The position numbers were made by a program, and so were the translations under genes. From Eledone cirrhosa (Eukaryota), in assembly GCA_964016885.1 (NCBI GenBank), contig OZ024753.1, forward strand, positions 12,586,001-12,650,000: a stretch of 64,000 nt of DNA. Reading direction: 5' to 3'. Numbering within the stretch: position 1 is the stretch's first letter; the number at the start of each line of letters is the position of its first letter. Below the pieces are notes generated by a model, which was given only the letters and a program-made list of their open reading frames with translations, did not search any database and was not told the DNA's origin. Positions 40,271 through 52,751 of this stretch are shown here, piece by piece.

Positions 40271-41556
40271 GAAGTTTAGTCTCTTAAGTTAATTATCTTT
40301 CAAACATCCGGAAGTCAATTGAAAAAAAGAGAAGAGTTAAATAAGGGGAGATAATTCTAACATTTTTGAGCAAAAGGGGGTAAAGCGGATTCTCATCGTG
40401 GTCTAGGACGCAGGCCAGCATATAGCCAGCCTGCAAACATCCCAGCCGCCGTAGCCACGTGCACACCACAACGATTCGAACTTGCGATACATAGTATGGA
40501 AACGACACATACATACGTAGCCGACGAAGCCCGAGCCGTTGCGCGCATCGCCACGCACAAGCCGCAATTCTACTAAGTGAAATAGTCATACTTATAGGTA
40601 AAATTTTATTTATCTTTTTAAAAAAAAATATAGAAACGGAAAGGGAGATAACACGTCGCAAAATATATTTCGTGTGTTATCTCTCATTCCGTTTCTATAT
40701 ATATAAAGTAATTTTAAACGTATATACGGAACAATTTTTACGGAAATAAATATATTTATGTCAAGCTGGTAACATATATATTACAGGTAGAGCTGTTTCT
40801 GTAAATAAGATGCAAACCTTAGAATTTCATATACCTATTTTGGTAATAAGATTTTTATTACGAATGTGTGTATATGTATAATCTCCCAGCGTACACATGC
40901 TGTGTATATATATACAGGCGTAAATATATGAGTATGTATAAATACTTATGCACATACATACGTGTGTATGTATATATTGAGGGCAGCAGGGATACAAGTG
41001 CCGAAACGTATAGATTTGTCAAAATTGCAAAGTTTAGAAATGCACTTGACAGCGTCGTCTTAAGACACTTCATTATTCTTTAGAGACTTGATATACATTT
41101 TTAGTTTCTCTCTTCCGAAACGTTTAAATAATTTTTTAAACAGAGTTACCCGAAGTATGCATATACAAAAAAAAAGAAGACATCAATGCGCAAAGTATTT
41201 ATGTGAAGTTATCGGGCTTTACAATCGTGAGTTCGAACCTCAGACCCAAATCACTCAGTAGAAATTAGTGGCGTGGAGCTACAACTTAGAATGTAGATGA
41301 AAAGAAACTAAATATGAAAATGGTTCTATGTTACGTAGGTTAAAATTAAAGCGATAACGATCCAATTGATACTGATCAACAGTTAAACTTTGATAACGAT
41401 GATGATATCTAAAAAAAATAGCAATCAGCAAGTCCTCCAAAACGAATTCACAACAAAACACTAGGATATCATGAAGGGAACTAGAAATATATTATTTACT
41501 AACTTAGATAATAAAAAGAATACGCTATGTGGTGTTGTACTTCATTAGAATATAAT

Positions 41557-41732
41557 TGTTTCTACGTTTGGCACAAGGCCAGCAATTACCCAGTGCATTA
41601 CTGGTACTTTATTTTATCGACCCCGTAAGGATGAAAGGCAAAGTTAACCTCGGCGGAATTTGAACTCAGAATGGCAAGGGTCGTAACTCTATACGTCAAA
41701 TATGGCGTCCGACCCTCTGCCAATCCACCGCC
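41557..41732 (-). mobile_element. tRNA-derived SINE with 17-bp target-site duplication
   Basis: Same family as 8133; TSD cttcattagaatataat at 41540-41556 and 41733-41749. Confidence 0.9.
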
Positions 41733-42967
41733 CTTCATTAGAATATAATGTGTGGCAGAAACTAACATTTAAATAATTATTGCATATAAACGTAAAATAT
41801 TTCAATAAAACTTTACTTTACTTCCGTAAAAATCCAATTTTTGTTATCCACGTTGGAAAACATGAAGTTCTTCAAGCAGCCACCTTGTTTTTTCTAAACA
41901 GAGTTACCTAAGTTCGCATGTGCTGAAAAGGTAGACAGCAGTGTTTATGTGAAGTCTTTCGCTTTACAATCGTGAGTTCGATTCTCAGACCGGTCTTGAG
42001 CAAGACACTTTGCTCCAAATCACGCAGCAGTAGAAATTATTTAGTTTCGTTGGGTATGAAAGGAATAGAGAAGGTAATAAAAATGTTGCTGTATATAGAG
42101 GTTTCTTGTAAGAATAATACACAGATGCTGTGTGAATACATATGTGTAGTAAGGAACCAGGTGGATCATAAAGCACCAGAGTACTCTATACGGTAGGTAA
42201 TAGGAAAAGAATCAGGATCCCGACGGCTGAGCGCCGACCGTTTCGACAGCTAGTTCTGTGTATGTATATTTATAAATTAGATAGGTTTATAATAATACAT
42301 ATCTATATACAGCTATGCCTGAAGCTAAATCCTAATTCTATAGTTGAGCCAGCTTCATATGCAAATAAGATTAATCACCTCGTTTACACAGGCGAGAAAA
42401 CCAGACAAACGTCATATGTGAACCAGCCCCCGTAGAACGAACATACCGAGGGTTAAAGTGCTTTAAAAACTGAAATTAATTTACAACACTTTTAGATAAT
42501 ATTTAGCAAAAATTATCTAAGACCGATTTATATATATATATGGCACACATTTTATCAGGGTCTAAAACAACTCTTGGACGCGCTGGGAGAAGTTGTTGAG
42601 GAATCTGCTTTTACAACCCTCTCAGGAATATGTGGGCTGTGGAGCATATCGTTAAGACACCAGAGAAACCCCCGTAGAATCTGCTCCAGAATACAAAGTT
42701 AATTTGCTGCAGTTTCAGAAAATGCTTAACATTGCTGAAGAATCGAATGGATGTTAGTGCATGTGCATCTTTGTTAACATATAACAGATAAAACTAATCA
42801 TAATATAATAAAAGGAGGAGTGCGGAACTGTGTCCTGAATATATTTGTTTATCCCGTTAGTAAAATAAGTTGGATTACTTTGAATAAATAATCCATCTAC
42901 ATTCTATCTATCTGTTGTTCACTGTTACAAATTATGTAATATTCATTCATTACTTTGTATAAATAAT

Positions 42968-43109
42968 TGTTTCTACTTTAGGCACAAGGCCAGCAATTAC
43001 CCAGTGCATTACTGGTACTTTATTTTATCGACCCCGTAAGGATGAAAGGCAAAGTCAACCTCGGCGGGATTTGAACTTAGATCGTAAAGGGACGTAACTA
43101 TGCTGGAAA
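42968..43109 (-). mobile_element. 5'-truncated SINE with TSD
   Basis: Same family; gtataaataat on both sides (42957-42967, 43110-43120). Confidence 0.85.
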
Positions 43110-43190
43110 GTATAAATAATGAATGAATATTACATAATTTGTAACAGTGAACAATAGATAGATAGAATGTAACAGTGAACATTAGATAGA

Positions 43191-44943
43191 AGGTCTTTAT
43201 TAGTCACAAGGGGAAAAATACAAATGTGGAGTTTACATACAGGTAGATGAAAATAAAACTATTAATAAAATAACAATTGAAATACCCAATAGGGGGGAGG
43301 CGTTACACAAGGGTTGTACACACCCCGAAAAAATGTACAACCCTCATCTCCAGGAGCACCAATAGTGAGTACTCCCTTCCTATTTTCTCAACCTACAGGC
43401 AGGCTTATATAGAGAGAAGGCCCAACCACTCGGGCCATCTCTGCCACTTCCACCCACCTTTTATAAAATTTGCTGGGGTAGAGCACCTCGCTGTCCATCC
43501 TGATTCGTCTTCCAAAATGATATTTGAGAAAACGAATCAGATGCTCGCCGGAGAGATAGGTGTCTGACCTCAGCCCTTTTAACCTCTTTCACCATAACAC
43601 ATAGGAAAACCGCCTCTCCCTCGTTTTTGAAGGAGGGTGGCGGTTTGATCATGACAATGGACTCGGTGGTCAACTGGATTGGTCCCACCCCCGACAATAG
43701 TCGTTCTACATAGCCCGGACAGTGTACAAATGCGGCCGCGACAGCTTCCTCGTCGCGCACACATTTCGGACAGGTCTTTTTCCAAGGGTCCCTACCCGGC
43801 CGCCCGTGTCTGTAGAGCTCCTCGGTAGCACAGCCAGGCCAGGGACTATTAGTCCCGGGCGGAAGGTCCTACCGAACAGACTGGCCAGTTCGTCCTCCTC
43901 TACGCCCAGAGTTTCTCCGAGCGTGTCGTCGCACTTGCTGCGGACCAACGCTCTATAGAATGTCGAAGTAGAGTCTCCACTGATCGCCGGGTCCGTTTGC
44001 CAGAGGACTGTGAGCGCCTGAGCACATTCGATATTCCAGTCGCCCATTTTCCTCGGTCTTTTCTTGACCCAGGACTGCAGCTCGGTCAGCGAGACGAGTC
44101 GTGGGAAGGCTCGCCTCACGAACGGGGCCCACACCGGTTGTCTGGTGAGGTATACGTGGAGGTACCGCAGCCTGAGCGCGTGTTTGCGCATCATCAGCCA
44201 CGGCATCCCCAGCGCTCTGTTTGAAGGGTATTGGCAGCAGGCGGATCTTCTCACTAAAGGAGCCCGCTTCTTCCAAAGAAATTGGAAGAGCGCGCGTTCC
44301 ATTTTGGTGAGCATTTTGGCTGGACAAGGCACAACGGTCAAGCGGTAGTAGATGACGGACGCTATAAAAGTGTTCGCCACCTCCGCTCGACCTTTCAGGG
44401 ATAGTTTGCACTCGGCCCACTTCTGGGTGAGCGCAAACACCTTGGCCGTCACCTAGTTCCAATTCTTCTCCACCTGGAGGTCAGGACCAAACCAGACTCC
44501 GAGCAGCTTTACCGGCCCTTCCGTCCAGCGTCCGACGACGCCATCGGAAGGCATCGGTTTGCCTCTCCACGTTCCGAGTTGCAAAGCGACGGATTTGTGC
44601 CGGTTCAGCTTTCCTCCTGTGAATCTTTCGTATTCTTCCAGTAAGGTGCCGATCTTCCCGATTTGCGAGGTGCTCGACACCATTACTTTGACGTCGGCGG
44701 CGTAGGCCGACGCCGCTTTTCGCAGTCCCTGTTCTAAAGGGATGCCCTGCAATAGCTCCAACTTCCGCAGTAGTGGCTCCAGAGTCAGTACGCACAGAAG
44801 GGAGGAGAGAGGGCATCCCTGTCGGATGGAGCGGCTCCGAGAGGTAGCCGTTCACCTTGACTCTTGAGCAGTTGTTGTTATTGTGCATTGCAGAAATCCA
44901 GCCCCTGAACTCGGGACCGAAGCCTGCCGCCTCGAGCACCGCA
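43191..44943 (-). mobile_element. 5'-truncated Tx1-family LINE copy
   Basis: GRWTEGPVKLLGVWFGPDLQVEKNW and LSLKGRAEVAN match ORF2 at 1448-4882; flanked by tagatagaa at 43183-43191 and 44944-44952. Confidence 0.92.
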
Positions 44944-45049
44944 TAGATAGAATGTAACAGTGGACAGTAGATAGATAGAATGTAACTGTGGACATTAGAT
45001 AGATAGAATGTAACAGTGGACATTAGATAGAATGTAACAGTAAAGTAGC

Positions 45050-45495
45050 ACCCACAAATTAGTAATGGAAACCCACCATCATGTGAACGAGCAATAAGCC
45101 CTTTTGGGACAATTATTCAAACACCGACCAGAGTTACTCCCCTTGCGCTGTGTCAATAACAACGTATATGTTTGAACTAAGAATGAACTTTGATGTATGT
45201 ATCACTTTAAAACCCCTTCTGGGTCTTGTATCGAACACTCGGTAGTTTTCGATGCCCTTGAGAAGCCCGTTTCGGGCGAAACGTATGTAGGTGCTTTTAT
45301 ATAAACATGTTCTGACAGTATATATTCTCCTTTGTAACCGCTCTGCTTATCTTCTCGCCCATTAAATAGTAACGCTTCACATATTTAACCTTGTAGGCAC
45401 AAGTATTGAGCACTAAAGCACAACGTTTTGGCAACTAACTATATGTATCGCTTAACCCTTTACACCTCGTCTTCTCTCTCACGATACTGAAATAT
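45050..45495 (+). mobile_element. Penelope-like pseudo-LTR (3' end) related to 9990-10386
   Basis: Shared aacacc.accagagttac, hammerhead and ttggcaa.taactatatgtatc; ends in (CT)n(TA)n. Confidence 0.8.
45252..45294 (+). ncRNA. Hammerhead-like ribozyme, U3-A8 variant
   Basis: gccc TTGAGAA gcccg ttt cgggc GAAAC gtat GTA^ ggtgc. Confidence 0.7.
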
Positions 45496-45526
<31 letters not shown>

Positions 45527-45775
45527 TAAAGTTTGCTTAAAGCATTGTGGAATAATAAGATGTATTTAGCTCGTTTTGGAAGCCACAACAATGCAGATGG
45601 GTATTTCTCCGGGTAACAAGATCAGGTGGTGAAGAGAGAGATGTAAGTGAATGTAGAATGAGATGTAGAGTGTGTAAAAGAACGTAGGAAAGAGCGTAAA
45701 AACCAAAAATAATAACACGAGATAGAGTTACCTTGGGAGAGATTTAATTGTCCCTATATTTCGGATTCACATCCA

Positions 45776-47100
45776 TCAACTGCGGCGTTTTCCGGGATGG
45801 GGGGGGGGGTTATCAGTCGGATAGGCATGGCTTACTATAACATTAGTCCTGTGATGGGGTTGATTTCTAGAGTTAGCGTTAAGGACGTAGGAGATTCTTC
45901 GGTTAAATCCGGCATCTACCATGGCTTTATTGTAGTAGTCAGCCGCTTGGTTGAAGATATCCTCGTTGGCGGAGAGCCTCAAGATCCTATGGGATATGCT
46001 ATATACTATGGAGTTGAGAGTTGACTTAGGGTGGTTGGATGGATAATTAATATATGATAGAATCTCACCGGGTTTATGATATGGCTTGTAAAGGCCCGTA
46101 CCCAACTCCAGGGTCACGTCCAGGAAGTTGACTATCTGGTGGTTGAGGTCTATAGTTACGGATAAGCAGTATGACTTGAATAACCTGTAGATGCGCTTGT
46201 TAAGGTTCTCTATCCTGCGGGGGCTATGGTTTCTAACGGTAAATAGGGCGTCGTCCCTATATACACCTCCTTGTAGGACCGCTATCTCGTCCCTAAGTCT
46301 ATGGAGGAGGTATATTCCAGCCAGGTCGGTCACTTGAGCTCAGTCACTGGACCCAATCGTGATATCGAAGTTATCAGGACGGTTGGTTCTGGTCCAAAGG
46401 GAGCCCTCGAAATGTATAATAGTTCTACGCGCAACTAGTACTATATCTATCTCTTTTTTTTAGTGAGGCTTGTGTTAGACCTAGTTAAGATAAAGGCCTT
46501 GTTTAAGAGTATGGGGGAGATAGAGGCATAGTTGCTGTCTATGTCAAACTGGATGAACTTTAGAGTTGCTTTATCAGGCAACTCGGTGAACCATTTAATC
46601 ACCTGGTCGGTGTTGCTCCAGAGGCAGACCTTAGCTTTGCTATTAAGTTCAAGTATTACTCAATCCAGGATCACTTTACTAATCTTACCTATATCTGATG
46701 TAGAGGGACATATTAATCTAATAGAGCGGCTTTCATTGAAGTTACATTTGTGATCCTTAAGAGAGAATCTACCTGTCATAGGGACATATGGTTTGGTGTA
46801 CTTATCTATGTCTAAGCTGTTAACTATATCCTTCCCTACTCTATTAATGTCATTTAAGGTACTAATGGGTGTTTTTTAAAATAATTTTTGTGTAATTCTT
46901 TATAAATGAATTGTTTGTACTTGCTCACGTCCATCTTATACAGCTTCTTGGTTTTGTCAGAGGTAACGAAGATGTGTAGGTCCTTCTTGATGGTGGTGAT
47001 GAGTGCGTCCGGGGATGTTAGAATAGATTATTGCATCGGCGTTTATTCTTAAAATTAATGTTCTGATCAGCTTTAGCAGGTCCTCCTCAAAGGAGTCTAG
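45776..47100 (-). pseudogene. Penelope-like (Naiad-type) reverse transcriptase, disrupted
   Basis: LKDHK.NF, RLICPSTSDIGKISKVILD, FIQFDI, FDITIGS, GVYRDDAL, VNFLDVTL, YKPYHKP, YIN..SNHP. Confidence 0.85.
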
Positions 47101-47119
47101 CAAGGTGATGTGAGGTGGA

Positions 47120-47285
47120 TTTCGGTAAGAACGAACTTTGATGTATGTATCACTTTAAAACCCCTTCTGGGTCCTGTACCGAACACTCTATAGTTTTCTA
47201 TGCCCTTGAGAAGCCCTTTTCGGGCGAAACATACGTAGGTGCTTTTATATATACATGTTCTGACAGTATATATTCTCCTTTGTAA
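47120..47285 (+). mobile_element. Partial pseudo-LTR inverted relative to the PLE RT, with U3-A8 hammerhead at 47200-47242
   Basis: Near-identical to 45178-45337; gccc TTGAGAA gccc ttttc gggc GAAAC atac GTA ggtgc. Confidence 0.78.
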
Positions 47286-47314
47286 TCCTTTCATTTGTAT
47301 ATATTATATATATG

Positions 47315-47866
47315 AACTAGAAATAGATTGACACAGATATATAATAAACACATGAAACAATCTCAGGGAATAATTTGTAAAGTGTGTAAGCACTCATAGC
47401 TAGGTAGGTAACTAATTAAAGTGTAACTAGAACTTCAAATATAGATACCTTTTAAAATGATTAATCTCCTTTGTATATATTTCTTTAAATAAAAAATATA
47501 TTTCACCAATTAACCAGTAAATCACAGCGGTCAAATACTGGATGGTCAACAAAGGAGAAGATCCAACCATCTGTGTTTACACAGCGAATGCAAATCTGTG
47601 AATGACTCGAAACACGTGTTGCATTTTATAAAAAATACAGTCATCACACCGCGTCATCACAGTGGCGTGAATAGGATTATCGACAGCTAGAAATAGCAGC
47701 CGATTCCATTCAACTGAATTAGCTCTACAATCAAGGGGCCGTATATATATCCAAAATTAAATTAAGGTTGTCATGTCTGAGAGACATGCGCCATATTCAC
47801 TGAAGAATAAGCTCAAAGATTCCAATGAATAGATCCTAGCATTTTATATCAACTAGAAATAGAATG

Positions 47867-47898
<32 letters not shown>

Positions 47899-48145
47899 CA
47901 TAAACACATGAAACAATCTCAGGGAATTATTTGTAAAGTGTGTAAGCACACATAGCTAGGTAGGTAACTATTTAAAGTTTAACTAGAACTTCAAATATAG
48001 ATACCTTTTAAAATGATTAATCTCCTTTGTATATATTTCTTTAAATAAAAAATATATTTCATTGGAATCTTTGAGCTTATTCTGCAGTAAATATGGTGCA
48101 TGTCTCTCAGACATGACAACCTTAATTTAATTTTGGATATATATA
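47315..48145. repeat. Direct repeat (~47315-47505 / 47851-48060) interleaved with an inverted repeat (~47743-47829 / 48057-48145)
   Basis: actagaaataga..aaacacatgaaacaatctcaggg occurs twice; ccaaaattaaattaaggttgtcatgtctgagag and its reverse complement. Confidence 0.8.
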
Positions 48146-48169
48146 TGTATGTATATTTATATATATATA

Positions 48170-48204
<35 letters not shown>

Positions 48205-48889
48205 TTGGATATATGAGTGTATTTGTGTATTTATTTATATATGTGTATATATATATATGAATGAACAATGGCGAGCTGTGTTGTTGCAAATATGATATAT
48301 ATAATAAAGAATTAAAAATAGAAGCCAGGACTATCCATCATCAGTCGTCTACTAGCCATCATAGGTATTTATTCACATTACAGACCATATACCTAAGGCT
48401 AGGACGATACAATAACTAAATTAAGTTATTGGGATTAAAAGAGTTGGGTGGAGAAAAAGAGACAGGTAAACAAACACGAATGGTGAGGCAACGTAAAGAG
48501 ATGAGAAAATCAAGTTAATGAATCATTTTGAACATAAGAACGTGCGAATATTGACGAGAATGCGAGAGACACATCTTAACCGTGCGAATGTGAGCGAAGA
48601 AAGAATTTCGTACGGTGTGGGACGATGGAGAGTAGCAGAGAGTGAGTGAAAGTGTGAGTAAGAGGCTAGCCGAGAGAGGGTGACTAGCAGAGGGGTTGAG
48701 TGAAAGTAAGAAGGAGGAGAGGGAAGGGGGAGAGAGAAAGAGGATAGCAGTAAGGGAAAAGAAAACGACAGGTCACAGCAAAGGGGAAAGCATATATGAA
48801 TGAAAAATGTGTTGTTGCATATATGATATATAGTGTATATTTGTGTGTACGTATATATGTGTATGTGTCTATATGTATTGTATGTATGT

Positions 48890-48944
<55 letters not shown>

Positions 48945-48945
<1 letters not shown>

Positions 48946-49370
48946 TAGCAGCATTACCCAGCGTTGCCTGGGTAGGTAAATAAATATGAGCTTTGATGAA
49001 AGGGTGTTGATTTTATCGACTGCTTCTCGATGACTCATCTATGGCTACACCCAGGCCATGCAAGGGAGGGTGGTGATGACCTCTATCACTGAGAAACGCG
49101 GGTGACTGACGAAGGGGCATGCTGGGGGAGGGAGGTAATGACCTCACTAAACCAAATTTCCTCACGCTACTTGATTGTAAACCGATGAGATCTCAAATAC
49201 ACAACTAAAAGCTCGGCCGACGTCATTGGCCATTGTTTTGCCTTTGACCATCTATAAGATGTGCAATGACAGGTTCTATCGTAGTATAACAGTTGAACCA
49301 AATAAATTGATTTTGTGAGGTGGAGCCGAAGTTTCGAATTTGAACGAAATCGGTTGAAAAGTGTATATGT
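48945..49370 (-). mobile_element. Non-autonomous Helitron-like element (3' end clear, 5' end approximate)
   Basis: - strand ends acccag gcaacg ctgggt aatgctg CTAG|t: sub-terminal hairpin plus CTAG before T, the canonical Helitron 3' terminus. Confidence 0.6.
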
Positions 49371-49398
49371 ATATATATATATATATGTGTGTGGTGTG

Positions 49399-49447
<49 letters not shown>

Positions 49448-50933
49448 AGATCAAAAGATGGTTAAAAGAGTTCCATGTATTTTATTATGCGCATTTCAAA
49501 AACAAATATCATCATGCAATAACATTTGTGTTTTCATCTGCATTGCTTTATTGTACTACAATAAAACTCACCTCCTACATATATATATATGTGTGTGTAC
49601 GTGTGTATATATGTATGTATATGTGCACGTATGAATGTGTGTGTGCGTGTGTATGCATGAGAGTGTGTGTATATATATATATTGCGTATGTATGTACATA
49701 TATAAGTATATATGTATGTATATGTTTGTATATATGTATGTGTGTATGTACCATTATGTATGTGTGTTGTGTGTGTGCCTGCCTGGTGTGCGTGCGTGTA
49801 TCTGTGTGTACGTGTGTAAGTGGGTGCGTGTGTGAATGTGCTTGTCGACACCTGGAATATATATTAAGAGAAACTTCACAATAGGGGGAATCACCCCAAC
49901 ACTTGAATCTGTTGATGGGACCCTTTCTGCCATTGTCATCCTTATTCCAGCCTTAAAGAATTAGCTTCTAAAGGATTTCCCTTTTCTTTAAACCATTGAA
50001 CCCCACTCATCCTGTAGAGACCTGTCTTACAGCCATTTAGTCTAAGTGATAAACAAGGATTGGTATTCCAAATTTGAATTTGTTTACAGTATTCTTTCTG
50101 CCTTTGTTAATATTATAGCTTTAAATAATTAGCTTTTAATGACCTCCCTTTTCTTTACATCCTTCAACCAATGACCTCCACCCATCCCAATCCTCACCCT
50201 CTCCTACCACCAGAAAAGAAAAGATATAAATACCACCACTTACTTGGACAGCCAGCTTCCTGATGATTTCTCACGAATGAAACAGCTCTAGTCTTGCAGA
50301 AGCTCTTCTATATTAAAACTTTTATACTCTGCTATGTATTGAGTACCTTACTTACTGTGGTTACCTCTGATTCAACCCGGAATAACTTTATATATATATA
50401 TATATATATAAATATACATAGATTCTGAAGTGTACAGCATATTATGAAGATACAACATTGTTTAAGTTTTAGACATTTCAGAATCGCATAACTGAAGAAG
50501 ATATATGAAAATGCCCTTGTGCAGTTTATTTACACCTTTCAGAATAATTGGCTTATATAACTCCATCGTCAAGTAAACGACTATTTTTGCAGAAATAAAT
50601 TCACAAACACAATATTGAGAAGTCACCTGATTTCTCCTTTGTCATTTTATGCATTAATACAAGATCTTTATATTTCTCTAAAACTACAACGTTAGCCTAA
50701 ATATATGTTTCTTTTTATTTATTTTTTTTTTAATTTTTTTTATTTTATTTTATTTATTTTTTCTAAATATAGCGATACAATAAGTAGTAGAATATTATAT
50801 TGAAGCAAAAGACTGTTAACGCAACTCAAGTTTTAATGAACGAAAGACCAGGAACCAATGTATTATATAAACAAATATGTCTATGCCAAATGCGTATAAG
50901 CCTTTAGTAGTGGTGGCTTTGAAATATATATAT

Positions 50934-51092
50934 ATAAAACCAGACTGTCATACCAAGGGCAATATATATGCATGTCTGCACATTAATATACTTGTCAACG
51001 AAACTATATATATATATATAGTTTCGTTGACAAGTATATTAATGTGCACAGACATGCAGAAATATTGCCCTTGGTATGACAGTGTGGTTTTA
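50934..51092. repeat. Near-perfect ~160-bp palindrome centred on (TA)n
   Basis: taaaacca.actgtcataccaagggcaata...gaaac(ta)n gtttc...tattgcccttggtatgacagt.tggtttta. Confidence 0.88.
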
Positions 51093-52197
51093 GCTCAATG
51101 TAGGATAACTAGTATACTACAGAGCCGTTATAAGTTTAGGAATTACCAAAGAGTGCTGAGAAACACATTGTTTTATTTGCTAACAGTGTTTCATCCATAC
51201 TCTATGGCAGGAATCATCAGAGCTTATAAACAAAAATATATCAATGGTTGCAGGCTCCATCAAGTTCAGTCACTAGGACAAGTAGGGGGGTCCCAAGGCC
51301 AGCGCTATATAGAAAAACACACAATACATGACGCACATAATGTCATAAAAAATTACATCAAAAGTTTATTTAGATAAATGGTGAGAGAGGATAGCAAGAA
51401 AGGAGTGAGGGTGTTACTTAGCATGATCAAAAAACAACAAAAAACACAAGCAGTGCAAATACAGGATGTATAGGACAGAGTATGAAAGCTTGCAAGCATG
51501 AGTCCGTGAAAAGAAAAGTATGCTTAGCTGAGGTTTGTCTATAGGAAGGATGGTGCACTCCAGTCACGTCGCCTAGTAACAGGTCAATTTCTCCATATCA
51601 TACCAACACCTTCCATCCATCCATTGGTTCCAGTTCCAAACGTTAGGCGATATAATACTATGTTTCCAAAACATATACCCAGAGGATTTCTCCACATAGT
51701 CAGTCTGCAATAAACACCTTAAATATAAAATAAAGTAAAGTGCGATGAGGTGAAGCAAAGTAGGGTACATGTACAGCCGGCACTCCAGTGAAGAAAGTGA
51801 AAATAAGACAGGTCCGCAATATCTGCTATCTCCCAAGGTCTTCACGTTCGGTCACGCAACCCAACGTCCCATGTGAAATACACTGTATGGCCGAGTCGGA
51901 GTCGAACTAAAGTGCTATACCATATGCAAATGTAGCACAGTAAATGCTATTCGTAATGGCTAGTCAATCGCGAAGACAGAAAGCTTATATAGAAAACTCC
52001 GCTTACGGAATTACCTATATATATATAGTCGACTTTCGTTAAATCGGACCGGGGAAACAATGTTTCCGTTGGTCTTTCCAATTGCTAATACTTTCTATCG
52101 TCGCAACTCCAGGTAGAAGGAGCAACGTGAAATAAAGTGTCTTGCTCAAGGACATAACGCATCGTCCGGTCCAGGAATCGAATATATATATATATAT

Positions 52198-52508
52198 AGA
52201 GTAATAATAATAATAAATGTGAAGACTAAAATCCAAAGAGGGCTCGATAAGGATAAATATATATCAAATATAAAAGAAACCTAGAGCAAATATTTATTAA
52301 AATAACAGATTAAGTTTAAGCAAAGAATCGCTGCTTCACCCACCCTTAACAGGATCTTCTGAAACTCAGAAGGTCCCATTAAGGGTGACAGCAGCGAAAT
52401 CGCTGGTTTATTTTATTTGCTCTACGGTTTTTATATACATTTTCATATATATTATCCCAATAGAGCCCTCTTAGGATTTTAGTCTTCACATTTATTATTA
52501 TTACTATA
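52198..52508. repeat. Imperfect ~310-bp fold-back element (fragment also at 61390-61510)
   Basis: gtaataataataataaatgtgaagactaaaatcc versus ggattttagtcttcacatttattattattac; centre ttctga aac tcagaa. Confidence 0.8.
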
Positions 52509-52527
52509 ATTTATTGTTATGACTATA

Positions 52528-52650
52528 ATTCTGAGTTCACATCCCGCCAAGGTTAACTTTGCCTTTCATCCTTACCGGGTCGATAAAATAAAGTACCAGT
52601 AATGGACTGGATAATTGCTGGTCTTGTGCCTTAAGTAGAAACAATTATTA
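52528..52650 (+). mobile_element. Partial tRNA-derived SINE
   Basis: ctgagttcacatcccgcc..ctttgcctttcatcc..gtcgataaaataaagtaccag. Confidence 0.8.
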
Positions 52651-52651
52651 C

Positions 52652-52682
<31 letters not shown>

Positions 52683-52707
52683 ATGTATGTGTGTGTGTGT
52701 GTGTGTG

Positions 52708-52749
<42 letters not shown>

Positions 52750-52751
<2 letters not shown>

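Noticed and set aside
46340-46342. In-frame TGA in the Naiad-type RT as selenocysteine recoding
   Set aside because: It falls at the Gly of the GSxDGA motif, not a Cys position; the copy has other disruptions; the GIY-YIG ORF at 8862-9830 has ordinary Cys codons and I see no convincing SECIS
48330-48360. Isolated CTGANGA motifs (48337-48343 -, ~50492 +, ~63694 -)
   Set aside because: No properly spaced GAAA with supporting stems I-III
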